Assembly: GCA_043228905.1 (NCBI GenBank)
Contig: JBHGNT010000020.1
Span: 13,268,001-13,332,000 of the forward strand
Reading direction: 5' to 3'
From: Azolla caroliniana
Lineage: Eukaryota; Plantae; Polypodiophyta
DNA: 64,000 nucleotides
The translations under genes were made by a program, and so were the position numbers. Within the stretch, counting starts at the first letter, position 1; every line of letters begins with the position of its first letter. The notes beneath the pieces were generated by a model, which saw only the letters and a list, made by a program, of their open reading frames with translations, had not been told where the DNA came from and made no database searches. Positions 11,248-23,370 of the stretch are shown piece after piece.

Positions 11248-13259
11248 TTAAGAAGATCAATCTCGCAAAAGTTATTTAAAATATTTGATTAGAAGAACAT
11301 GATAACAAGGATGGAGATAGTTTAAGATGAGGAGGTATATATGTAGGATTGATGCATGGCGGTGAGTTTCTTTAATTATTTTATCCCACATGCTATGTTG
11401 TTTGGAGTTGCAAAAATGGCTTCTAAGTTATTGGCTACTTTTTACAATAAAAATGTTTTAGAAGTTTCATCCATATTGAAATATAGTAGCAATGTAATCA
11501 TGAAAAACAATGTAATGGAGTGTTTAGTCCATTGATTTATAGCATCATGTGCTCACACTTGGTGAAAACATTTTTGGGCCTTAATAGAGTTGTTCTTCAA
11601 TAAAATCCCAATGATTTTATAACACCTTCATTTTCCAACATATTTAGCCCTCATTCCATCTTTGTAAACTATAACTATGCTATATTTGCTAAAATGTGTA
11701 TTTGGAGAAAATAATTTAAAACACGAGGATATGAAGTTTGCAATTGTCGAACATGCACTTATATATGTAAACATTTTGCAGGTTATTGACGATTCTCACC
11801 TAGATGGACCATTCTTTTCTTGTCTTACAAATGTATAAGACTAATAAAGCTTGCACAATCATGGTTATATTATGTATCACTCATTCTATAACATAACATT
11901 GTTTTCACTGTTTATCATGCTCAAAAACGAAAAGGAAAATGAAATTTCGGAAGATGACAATAATTTTTAGTAGACTTTGCAGACACATTATGCATGTGGA
12001 AGTTGGTCATGGGCTTTTGAAATTATTTCCATGTTATAAAGACACCTAAAATCTCTATATGTTGGGTAGCACTTTAGTTGTGGATTGATGTACAACAACA
12101 TATTCAAACCAAAAAAGGTGATAGAAATCAAATCATACTATATGTATGCAAATATGCCACTTCTAACTACATACACTATGATTGATATAAAAAAATGTGA
12201 AGCACTACCACATCTACTTTTTATTGGTGTGTACAAAGTACGTCATAGCGCTAGTAAAGGAGAATTAGGATGGATTTAATTTTTTTTGATGAGTAGTTAC
12301 TTTGCGAGTTCTTTGAAAAAGTGGTATTTATATAAAAAGGGGCACCATAGTTGGTTGGAATAAGGTCAAGCTTAATTCATTTAGTGAATGAAGTAGCTCA
12401 CAACGCCTAGAATTGCTGAAACTTACTAGGCAATGCAATTGTTTTCACTCCTTGTATTGTGGAGATTGACAATGGAATCAATCCAACAACCTTACTGTTA
12501 GTAGTAAACGTTAAGATGCCAAATTCAATAGTTCAATATGTGTGTACAGTGTAAGTAATCACACAAGCGGTGGATGCACGTGTGTGCATTCAAACCCACT
12601 CACTTTATTGTCATGATCTTGTAACACCCAATGATATAACTCTCTTGTCATATAGTTAATGTAAAAGATATCTATATCCTACCTAAATCATGATGAGAAC
12701 GAGAGAGGGGTAGCAATCCCCCCAATTCTAGAGAACCACCACCTTGAGATTGTTGTGTGAGCACGTAACACCATTTACCTTTTGTGAAAGCGGTTGGCAA
12801 GGGTAAGTGTCAATCACCCTCGAGCTACTTAAGCTAAACTAACTACTAAAGAAAACTCTGAACTCAACCTATAACATTATGATTTACAGAAGATTCGTTA
12901 AACATTTAACACGTGTCGAGCACTCAATAGAAGAGCGAGATAGAGAGAGATCACCAACAAGAGGATTGAACCTAAAGCGATCCTAAACTAGCCCTTAGCT
13001 AATTTGGATTTTTGGCCCTAGCTCCCCCATTGACACTAAAGTTGTAGTTGTGACTACAACTCCACATCGTTGACCAAAATAAACTTACCAGTCATGACAC
13101 CAAACTTGCATTCTCACTAGGTTGGACACGGAGCGTAGGCATCACACCTTTTTGTACTCTCTTTTACCCACTTCCCACACTTTATGTTCCTGAAATAGCC
13201 TTCCTTCAAATTCCAATAAAACATACGTACATATAAAGTATTTGCTAAAGTATGCTCCC

Positions 13260-13930
13260 CCCAAGTTATAAACATATAGACATATATACTTTCACACTAC
13301 ACACAAACATATATATATATATATATATGCACACACACACATTCACTAAATGTGCTGTTGAGAGCACATCTCATAAAAAACACATATACATACAAACACA
13401 AATACACTTATACAATATAATTTCATACAAAGACATACAAAATTCACTTACACACATAAAATTTAAAAACAAATAGCTAAAAATGTAGACCCACATTACA
13501 CCTTCACATACACAATATATTACACGCACACACAACACATAACCACACATTTCACCCAATTGTGAATATGTGACCTCATACCACCTAAAACACACACATA
13601 AGCTCATCAAGAACACTTCAACATATACACATATGTACACAGGTAGTTAGGTCTATCCAAACACTTATACCCCTAGTCAATGTAACCAGAAGTGCACACA
13701 CAAAAACACACACTCACAAAATACACATTAGCATTTGCACATAAATACATACATTTCACCAATTCAATTTCTTGTAAACACATATATATTTGCACAACAC
13801 TTTCAAGCACACTTAGACATTCTAGTGCTGACAATCATCGAGTACAAATATATTATCTCACACATATAGTGCATGGTTACAACTTACAAACACGAAGTGT
13901 GTATTATTTCAAACACAAAGTACAAACTTA
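13260..13930. repeat. CA/TA-rich low-complexity region
   Basis: Decayed (CA)n/(TA)n seen directly. Confidence 0.7.
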
Positions 13931-14929
13931 GGTACCCACGTGAATTGAGATAAGAAACTTGCGTGAAAGAAAATCGAAGGAATGCATCTCAATTACTAAC
14001 TCCCCCAACCCTTCATCAACAAACCATAATCCTTGGTTTAAGTACTCGGTTCTCCCACTCAACATTACACATGCATATGTGAATTCTTGTGACACCCCAA
14101 GTGCTCAAGCAAACCATCATATACCATGTTTCTTCACCACCTTTTGACATCATTGACCACCTCACAACTTGCTTCAGTAAATTCTTCAACATCGACCATT
14201 TCTACAACCTTGCCTCAAGGTACGTATTCATAGATTGATCATCCATGAGAGGGTTACCTTCTAATTCATGTACTCTTTAGTGTAAACTTAGATTAAGTCT
14301 TATTCTCCTTTTGTAAGTAGAGGACATCATTCGTGACGTCCATCACCAACTGACTTACTTGAAGGGAAGGTTTTCCTAATAGAAATTCATATTCAATCTA
14401 ATTAACCAATTAAAATGCTACAGATTTGAGATGGTACTCGACGTTGTATGTGGTTAAGGGGTGATATATTATCTGGGGCAACTTATTACATACAGTTAAG
14501 GGAGAGTACGATAATATCAAAGGACCCGCAGAGAAGGTGCATAAGAAAAGAAGAAAAATTCGTCAGACATGGTGGCCAATACCTCTATGGTTGGATGGGA
14601 CACATGAAAACTGTTGGAATTATGTGCCACCACGATGGTTGTTTCCTCCGCCTAGTCCTTTCTTATTTCAAAGCACATAACAACATAACTTGTTGATAAA
14701 GATAATAATTCTTTTCTTTGTTGAAAAAGGATGTTGCTATGGGAGGAAGAAGTGTTCCTACGGTGTGATAGGGAGATATTTATATATTTCTATTCAAAGT
14801 AATCTGTATTGTTTGATACTTTTCGGCAGGTTTGTTACTTACCTAATGGACTATGAAGCAGTGTCATTGGACATGATAAGTGATGTTGTTGGTGGAAATC
14901 AAGGACATGGCAAGACAAATTTGGTGCCG

Positions 14930-15780
14930 ATTAGCGAAATGGCGAGATGGTTGTTGTGGACGTAAGAAGCAAATTCTTTTTGAGCGATAAGGATGAGTGT
15001 AGATGGTGCGGGGGTTGAAGCATATTATTATGAGCAGGAATTTGGTGGTAATCGGCGAGAGGGTTGATGTGGAATTAAGAAGCAAAATTCTTTTGAGGGA
15101 TAAGGAGGAGTGAAGATGGTGTGGGGTTTGAAGCATAGTACCATGAGTTGGTGAGGGAGTTTTTTACACTAATATGTTTGCTGTCTATATGTTAGGATGC
15201 TTGATGGAAGCTGAAAATGGACAGATGGTTGATGTTAAAAATGAAGCAGATTTTCTATAAAGATGGTGTTGGAGGGTGAAGCAGATTTTTATGAGTGTTT
15301 GAGGAGAGTGATTCATTCGATTTTTTGATGGTGTAGGGGCTGAAGCATACATTCATGAGGGGAGAAGGAGAGCACATTGGATGTTGGTCATCTCTTCCAA
15401 TCTCAAGGACCTCCGTAGTAAAAGATGACACTGTTGATATGGACAACGAAGCACATTATCTATTTCTAACAAGGATGAGTGACGATGGTGTCGGGGGAAG
15501 GAGCATAATTTCATGAGGGGACCCGGAGAGTAGTGTCATTATGTTTTTTGTATGTACAAGGCTTTGGTGGTCTATGACGAGAGATGGTTGAGGTGGACTT
15601 TGGTGGTAATCGGCTAGATGTTGGATGGGGAAAATAAAACAGATTCTTTGTTTGATAAGGATGAGTCATGAGGTTGGCGGGGGTTGAAGCATACTTCACG
15701 ATGGGAGAGTAGACTCATTTTCTTTTTTTGTTTTATGAGTGTTGATGGTGTGGACTTGGAAGCATTTTTTTGAGGGTCGA
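14930..15780. repeat. Old degenerate tandem repeat (GAAGCA..GATAAGGATGAGT..GATGGTG..GGGGTTGAAGCATA)
   Basis: The motif recurs at ~14965, 15078, 15280, 15450 and 15640. Confidence 0.6.
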
Positions 15781-16079
15781 TGACAATACATGTTTTGAGG
15801 CTTGGAGATTTTTAATGTTTTTAAGACACAACAACTCAGGCCAAATGGGTTGCTGTCATCGGAAGACATTGCTTGACTTCAGACATTGGAATTAGTTGAT
15901 AAAGTGATCTCATTACAGGATTTATGCACCTGGTTGATTTTGAAGCCATTTCTGTTGTCAAAAGTTGAGGGCCAATATGGAAAAATGAAGCTCGAAAAAG
16001 CTGGATACTCTGAGATGTTGTTTATATGTTAACTATGGTCTTCAGTACTTTTTTCTGCAACATGAAGTTTTTAGAAACC

Positions 16080-17599
16080 ATGACAAGGGGCAAAGGAAGA
16101 TGTGTTTCAGACGCTTCTAACTACAAATGTGGCCATTTGGAATGCAATCATGATAAAATGGACTTGTTTTTACATGATGGAGATTGTTTTTTCCTTTACA
16201 TGTGGTCTCCTAGCTTGCCGTAGCTATTGACAAGGGAAAATAAATTCACGGTGACATTGCGGATATGGCTCTTGTGGATAATGATATGATGGTATTGGGC
16301 AATGCTTCAATGGACATGTATGACAAATGTGGTAGGTTTGGAACAACCAAGGAAGTGCTGGAAAAGTTTGTTTTTCAAGATTTGAATAGCTTGGAATGCA
16401 CTCATTATAACATATGTCCAGCATGGACAAGGCCACAAAGCATTCGATTCATTTGAATAAGTGCAAAGCATGGGCATTTCTCTGATTTGGATAATGGTAT
16501 GGCAGGCTCTCATATTCTCCAAAGAGGTTTTCTAGCAAAGAATAACCATCTTGGAAGTAGTTTAGTATAGATGTACGCAAAATGTGTTGACCTAGTAAAA
16601 GTTGAACAAGCCAGGAAGACTATTGTTGCTTGGAATGCGTGCATCATAGGATGCATTCAATGTGGCCAATCTTATGATGCCATAAAATGGATTATTTTAG
16701 TTCACCTTATGTGTCTTTGCTCAAGGCTTACACTATGTTGCAAGATCCTGAGACTATATATACGAAATGCGACTTTTTCGTAGAGGCACTCAATGTGTTC
16801 AAAAGACTTCCATTACAGAATATAGTCTCTTGGAAAACACTGGTTTCAGGATATGCTCGAAATGAGCATGGGGAGGATCCTCTTATATGTCATTCACGTA
16901 TGGATTAAAAGGTATATCTCTTAATATCGTGGCCTTTGTTTGGGGCTTGAAAACATGTGGAAGTATTTGAGCAGTAGAAAAAGGACAAGAGAGTGCACAC
17001 CAATATCTGCAAATAGGGTTTGAAACATGATCTTGTATGGTTTATTTCCTAAGTGGACAACACTTATCTCAGGGTATGCTGAGCAGGACTACCAGTTTGA
17101 TCAATTATATAGTCTTGTGGAACACACCACTTCCAAGATATGCTCCATTGTTTTACATAGATTCAGTTAGATGGTTTATTTTCTGAGTGGACAACATTTA
17201 TCTAAGGGTAATGTAGTATCTTGGACTGCATTAATTTGTGAATATGATGAGTATGGTTATGTTGAAGAGCTTCAATATATGCTAATCTAGATGCAAATGG
17301 AGGGTGTAGCCCCAAAGCTTTCAATCATCTCTCATTTTGGTAAAACAAGGGCTCAACAATTTTGGTCTTACGTGGTGTAATGGATTTCAATTGTTATGTT
17401 GGCTTCATGCATTTCGGCATTTTCTTGAAGTATACAATCTTTTTGAAGACAACACTTAACTATCCCTTGACTCAAACAATTTGTGGTATGGTTTGGTGTG
17501 GACCCATATTGGTAGTATGGGCAATTTTAAATGGAGATTTAGAGAGAACCAGGTCATCTTCGAATGTTTGAAATAGGATTTCAATTGTTGTGTTGGCTT
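16080..17599 (+). pseudogene. PLS-class pentatricopeptide repeat (PPR) pseudogene, 5' part
   Basis: Fragments LGNASMDMYDKCG, MYAKCVDL, IVAWNACIIGC and EALNVFKRLPLQNIVSWKTLVSGYARNEHGE, with many stops and frameshifts. Confidence 0.8.
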
Positions 17600-17952
17600 T
17601 GTCACGGATCATAAACTCAAGAGACAACGAAGAAGATAACCAAATGGACAAGAAAGAAGATAGTACTAAAGGAAAGACTCCATAACTGGTGTTGTTCACC
17701 TTGAATTCCTTCAAGGTGAACTCCTCTATTTATACTATATGGCATGCATACTTGTTGCACGCATGTGAATCTACAATAGAGCATGTAGGTATGCATGCAT
17801 GTGCCAAGTGTAAATACTACAAGGGAGCAACTATGCACATGATGCTAGCAAAATAATAAGGACCAATTACATACATAACTAGTACTAGATATCTTGGTTA
17901 ACTCATAATAGTAGATTATAACATGGTCGTGTCAAGAGTTCGAATCTTGACA
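17600..17952 (-). repeat. 3' LTR of the chromovirus
   Basis: TGTCA..TGACA termini; the polypurine tract AAGAGGGGGGATAA precedes it on the minus strand. Confidence 0.95.
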
Positions 17953-20900
17953 TTATCCCCCCTCTTACGCCGCCGCCTTCCCAAATCGGCCGCTGGTTTG
18001 TGGGGATATTGGTGATGAAAATCTTGGACGACCTCTAGGGCATTTTGTAAATTTGCCGATGGTTCCCATGTGGCCTCAGACATGGGGTAACCCCTCCATA
18101 GGACGAGGTATTGCAAGTGTCGACGGTGCCAACGCGAGTCAAGGATTTGGTCGACCTCGTATTCCTCCCTTGTCGTCAATTGCACAGGTGGTGGTGGTGG
18201 GGCTTGACGTCCTGGGAGTTGTGAAGCATAATGGGGTTCGAGGAGGGAGACATGAAAAACATCGTGAATCCGGAAGTGGGATGGAAGGGCGAGCCGGAAG
18301 GCGACGAGATTGATGCACTCGATGATACGGAATGGTCCCAACTTCTTGTAATCAAGTTTCGCACATGGACGAGTAGTAGAGATGTGTCGACGTAACAACC
18401 AGACCATGTCTCCAACGACAAAGTGTGGAGTGGAAGATCGATGGCGATCAGCCTGCTTCTTGTATCGTTCATTAGCAAGACTAAGCTCCAAGGATAAATC
18501 ATGATGTACTTCTTCCAAAATGCGGGCACGATCCTCCGCCGAAGGGTTCACGGAAGTGGTAGGAAGGGAAATGTTGAAGCGAGGATGTAAACCGTAGTTG
18601 GCAAAGAAGGGAGTGACGCCAGTCGATGCATGGAGAGAATTATTGTAGGCGAATTCCGCGAGCGAAAGTAAGTTGACCCAATCATCTTGTTGGTAACTAA
18701 CCGAGCACCGAAGATACTGCTCAAGGATTTGGTTGACACGCTCCGTTTGCCCGTCAGTTTGGGGGTGATAAGCGGAGGAAAACTTGACAGAGATGCCTAA
18801 AGTTTGTAGCAGGCGCTGCCAGAAGTGAGAGACAAACTGGGGTCCGCGATCCGAGATGACATCATCGGGGAGTCCATGCAAGCGTACTACATTGTTGAGT
18901 AGGAGATGCACCATTCCTTCTCCGGAAATGGTTTTGGAGCATGGAGTGAAGTGAGCCATCTTCGTAAACCGATCGACAACGACCAACACCGAGTCATAGC
19001 TATTGACCAAGGGTAGATCAGTTATCAGGTCCATAGAGATAGAGGCCCAAGGACGACGAGGACATGGAAGCGGCTGTAGTAAGCCGTATGGCCAATGATG
19101 AATGGCTTTGAAGCGAGCACAAACCTCACAACTCTTTATGTATTCTTTGACCAGCAGCTTCCATGGTTGTGGCCACCAATACCCCCGAGAGATTAGCTCG
19201 AGGGTTTTCGCGACCCCGAAATGACCTGCAAGTGGGTCATCGTGGCATTCCCGTAACACCCGGGTGCGACATGGGCCCTCTGGGACGTATAAGAGATGAT
19301 CTCGGAACAACAAACCCTCTTGTATGGTGAAGGTGTCAAGATCCTTCCTTTTGGTCGCCTTGGAGGGGTTTTGCAAACTATCTCGAATCTCGTTGGCGAA
19401 CGCATCGGTCTTGGATGCATCAGTGATTTGTTGGAGTAAAGAATCATCCTGCAACATACAAGTGGCAAACAGATGCAATTGGTCGTGTTTCAACAAACGT
19501 CTAGATTGTTGAGCATAAGCAGCATCCCCAGGGCGGAGTGCAAGGTCAGCTCGGCGAGAAAGGGCATCAGCCCTCCCATGTTGGCCACCAGGTCGAAATA
19601 CGATCTCAAAATCGTAGTCGGCGAGAAATGTAGACCAACGGGCCTGCCTTCGATTCAAAGTACGAGTGGCGGAAAAATAAACTAAATTTTTATGATCAGT
19701 CACTACTTGGACACGATGTTGTGCGCCGGCCAAGTAGGGTCGCCATTCTTCAAAGGCAGCAATGATAGCAGCAAGCTCCTTGTCGTAAATGGGATAATTG
19801 ATTTCGGATGCCGTAAATTTTCGGGAATAGTAAGCCACTGGGTGCATTAGGTTGTTGTCGTCTGCTTGGGATAAGATGGCACCAATGGCAAAGTCAGAGG
19901 CATCGGTTTCGACTTGGAAGGGTTTTGTGGGGTCGGCATGTAGCAGCACCGGGGCAGTGATGAATGCGTGTTTGAGTGAGTCGAACGCATTTTGTGCCTC
20001 CAAGGTCCATAAAAATGGAGTGCCTTTATGGGTGAGAGCGATAAGAGGTTGTGCTAGGGTGGAAAACCCCTTGATGAAGCGACGGTAAAAATTCGCGAAG
20101 CTGAGGAAGGATTGCACATCTTTAAGTCGCCTTGGCGTCGCCCACGCCTGAATGACAGAGACCTTCTTCATATCCATGGTGATGCCAGTGGGCGAGATGA
20201 TGTAGCCCAGAAATTCGATCGAGGTACGGTCGAACTCGCATTTCTTGCCTTTGGCATAAAGGCCATGCTCGCGGAGTTTGGCCAGAACTAATTGGACTTG
20301 GCGAGTGTGCTCCTCCATGTTTGGCGAGAAAATGAGAATATCATCGAGGTAAATGACAACAAAAAGATCAAGATATTCCCGGAAAATATCGTTCATCATA
20401 TGTTGAAAAACTGCGGGAGCGTTAGTAAGACCAAAAGGCATTACCTTGTATTCGAAATGCCCATACCGTGTTCGAAATGCGGTTTTCCATTCATCCCCCG
20501 GCTTGATGCATACTAGATTGTACGCGCCACGCAGATCAACTTTGGAGAAGACACGCGCAACTCGGAGCCGATCAAGGAGTTCGGGGATCAGAGGTAGCGG
20601 ATAGTGGTTGCGCACAGTGAGTTTGTTGAGACCTCGGTAGTCGACGCATAAGCGTAGAGAGCCGTCCTTCTTCTTCACAAATAAAATGGGGGCCCCAGCT
20701 GGTGACTTAGAAGGTTGAATAAAGCCTTTCTCGAGGTTCTCATGAAGATACACACGAAGGGCCTTCAACTCCGGTGCAAACAACGCATATAGAGGACCAA
20801 AGGGTGGACACACACCTTCTTGAAGATCAATCAGACAGTCGTAGAGCCGGTGTTAAGGCAACCGATCAACATTACATTTTTCAAATACGTCGGAGAAGTG

Positions 20901-21503
20901 TTGGTATTTTTCGGGAATAACATGGAGTGTGTTAGAAATGGTGCCACAAACAAACCCATCCTGGACGGATGATGGGGTAGTCAATTCGGAGTCGACTGTC
21001 TCCGAAGGATAGGAAACTGAATTTACCTTCATACTTTTGCACGAGCATCTTGGCTTGCTAAATGTGATCAAGCGGTTGCACCAATCCACTATTGGATTGT
21101 GCGCCTCCAACCACGTTAGTCCTAAGACGATCGGATGTCGAGGAGATGCGATGAGGTAAAAGGTGAGCTCCTCTTGGTGTGAGCCCACCCGAAGCCCTAA
21201 TGGGATTGTAGCTTGAGTAATTGCACCTGACGAGAGGACGCACCCGTCGATGGCTTCAACTGGAATGGGTTTTGATAGGCCAACGACAGGTACGCCATGT
21301 GCTTGGGCAAACGCGACGTCGATGAAGCAAGAAGATGCCCCAGAATCAAGTAAAGCAACAGACTGAATGGAACTAGAGTTAAACGAAAGCCATACCTCCA
21401 ATGTGAAATTGCCTGATGGTCCGGCAATGGAACCAAGAGAATGTGGGCGACGGGAGATGTCCAGTTGCATGGCTCCTACTGCAACCGAACGATGTCGTTT
21501 TCC
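17916..21503 (-). pseudogene. Chromovirus pol (PR-RT-RH-IN-chromodomain) with a single in-frame stop at 20853-20855
   Basis: LLDSGA protease, YLDD RT, ETDASD RNase H, HHCC and DDE integrase, and the chromodomain EYEVDQILDSR..YLVLWRGYP..ATWEP. ORFs 20853-21470 and 17916-20813 share one frame. Confidence 0.92.
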
Positions 21504-22492
21504 GGATGTTGGGGTCCGTTAGCTCTATGGAATTGTGGGCGAGTACTCCTAGGACAATGGCGAACGACATGACCGGAGGCGCCACAGTACATACACAAGC
21601 CATTAGCCCGCCGAAATTGTCGTTTAACATCAGTCAATGGCCGAAATCGGGCTTGATCAATTTCCATGGGGACAGGAGCATCTGCCGAAGTAGGCGAGTG
21701 TGAGGATGCTTGGGGTTGTATGACCGGGGCGTGGCGTGGAAGTGAATGAGGTGGAACCCAAGTCCGGCGCTCTTCTTGGCGAAATTCGAAAAGACGATTG
21801 TCACAGTGGACTGCTTGTGAAATCGCTTGGGATAACGAGGTGGGCTCCGGAAAGTTTAAGAGAAGATTCTTGACATTGCTTCGAAGACCGCGCCGAAAGT
21901 GATCAGCTAAAGCTTGATCATCCCAATTGACGTCGCATGCTAGTTGTCGAAATTCGGAAGCATAGACCGAAGTTGCACGTGAACCTTGTTCGAGTGCATA
22001 AATCTTGTTAAGAGCTGTACGTCGTCGGTCCGTCTCTCCAAATGTGGCCTCTAACTCGGCGAGGAAGGCGGGAAAGTCCTCCAATAAAGGTGATGAGGTT
22101 TCTACCAATGGTGCAAACCAAGCTTGGGCTGGACCGGAGAGAAGGGTGCCCACAAGGCCGACTTGTCGAAGACCATCTCCATAACGTTGAGGTTGTAGCC
22201 GAATGATAAGTCGAACTTGGTTGATGAACCCTCGGAAACGCGACCTCGTTCCATCAAATTTTTCTGGGAGGCTAACCTTAGGCTCAAGAAACTGTGACGA
22301 AGCTAGGCTAGATGTTGGTAGAAGATCGGGCTCTAGGCTAGGTTGTTGTGGGAGACTAGGGTTCGGGGGTTGTGAGGATAGGGAGGTACCGACTTGAAGT
22401 TCTTGTAAAGAATTTCGAAGAGCTTCATTTTCAAGTTGTAGTTGTCGTAAGGCTACCATTATTTGGCCTAACTCACTAGTTGAGTCGGACAT
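21476..22492 (-). CDS. Chromovirus Gag (338 aa)
   Basis: PEKFDG..F..Q capsid motif, PVPMEID, and the CMYCGASGHVVRHC knuckle. Confidence 0.93.
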   Translation of the reverse strand: MSDSTSELGQIMVALRQLQLENEALRNSLQELQVGTSLSSQPPNPSLPQQPSLEPDLLPTSSLASSQFLEPKVSLPEKFDGTRSRFRGFINQVRLIIRLQPQRYGDGLRQVGLVGTLLSGPAQAWFAPLVETSSPLLEDFPAFLAELEATFGETDRRRTALNKIYALEQGSRATSVYASEFRQLACDVNWDDQALADHFRRGLRSNVKNLLLNFPEPTSLSQAISQAVHCDNRLFEFRQEERRTWVPPHSLPRHAPVIQPQASSHSPTSADAPVPMEIDQARFRPLTDVKRQFRRANGLCMYCGASGHVVRHCPRSTRPQFHRANGPQHPENDIVRLQ

Positions 22493-22542
22493 AGCTATGG
22501 CTTATGAGAGGGAGAGCTATGAGGATGGGAATGTGAACAAAC

Positions 22543-22895
22543 TGTCACGGATCATAAACTCAAGAGACAACGAAGAAGATAACCAAATGGACAAGAAAGA
22601 AGATAGTACTAAAGGAAAGACTCCATAACTGGTGTTGTTCACCTTGAATTCCTTCAAGGTGAACTCCTCTATTTATACTACATGGCATGCATACTTGTTG
22701 CACGCATGTGAATCTACAATAGAGCATGTAGGTATGCATGCATGTGCCAAGTGTAAATACTACAAGGGAGCAACTATGCACATGATGCTAGCAAAATAAT
22801 AAGGACCAATTACATACATAACTAGTACTAGATATCTTGGTTAACTCATAATAGTAGATTATAACATGGTCGTGTCAAGAGTTCGAATCTTGACA
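22543..22895 (-). repeat. 5' LTR of the chromovirus
   Basis: Copy of 17600-17952 with one T/C difference seen. Confidence 0.95.
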
Positions 22896-23370
22896 GGCTT
22901 CATGTAGTTTGGCATGCTTCTTGAATTATACAATCTTTTTGAAGACAACAATGAACTCTTCTTGGACTCAAACAATGTGTGGGAATCTGAAGGACTTGCT
23001 TACTGTGGTAGTAGAGATATGTGGAACATGGATTTAGTGAGACAACACTCTCCCTCTTTGTGCAAATGCAAAGACTTGTGTCACACTTGTTTGCTGCCTG
23101 AAAGCATGTGGTAGCATTAGAGCTACATTAGCAGGCAATGAAATTCACCAGGAGATTGTACAAAAAGTTGTTGAAATATATTATTTCATTGGCAATACAT
23201 TAGTAGATATGTAGGCGAAATGTGGGTCACTTGCCAAGGCACAGGTAGTATTTCACAGGCTTTCAGCCTAGGAACAAGTCTCTTGGAATGCATGATTGCA
23301 AGATATGTTGAGAATGGGAAATTTGAGGAAATGCTCAATCAATTTCATCAAACGAAGGATCCATGGTTAG
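22896..23370 (+). pseudogene. PPR pseudogene, continuation after the chromovirus
   Basis: GNEIHQEIVQK, IGNTLVDM*AKCGSLAKAQVVF and MIARYVENGKFEEML. Confidence 0.75.

Larger units (their letters stand above)
17600..22895 (-). mobile_element. Full-length Ty3/Gypsy chromovirus (Tcn1/Tf1-sushi-like), 5296 bp, TSD GGCTT
   Basis: 353-bp LTRs with one mismatch seen; TSD at 17595-17599 and 22896-22900; PPT at 17953-17966; gag, protease, RT, RNase H, integrase and chromodomain all present. Confidence 0.97.
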
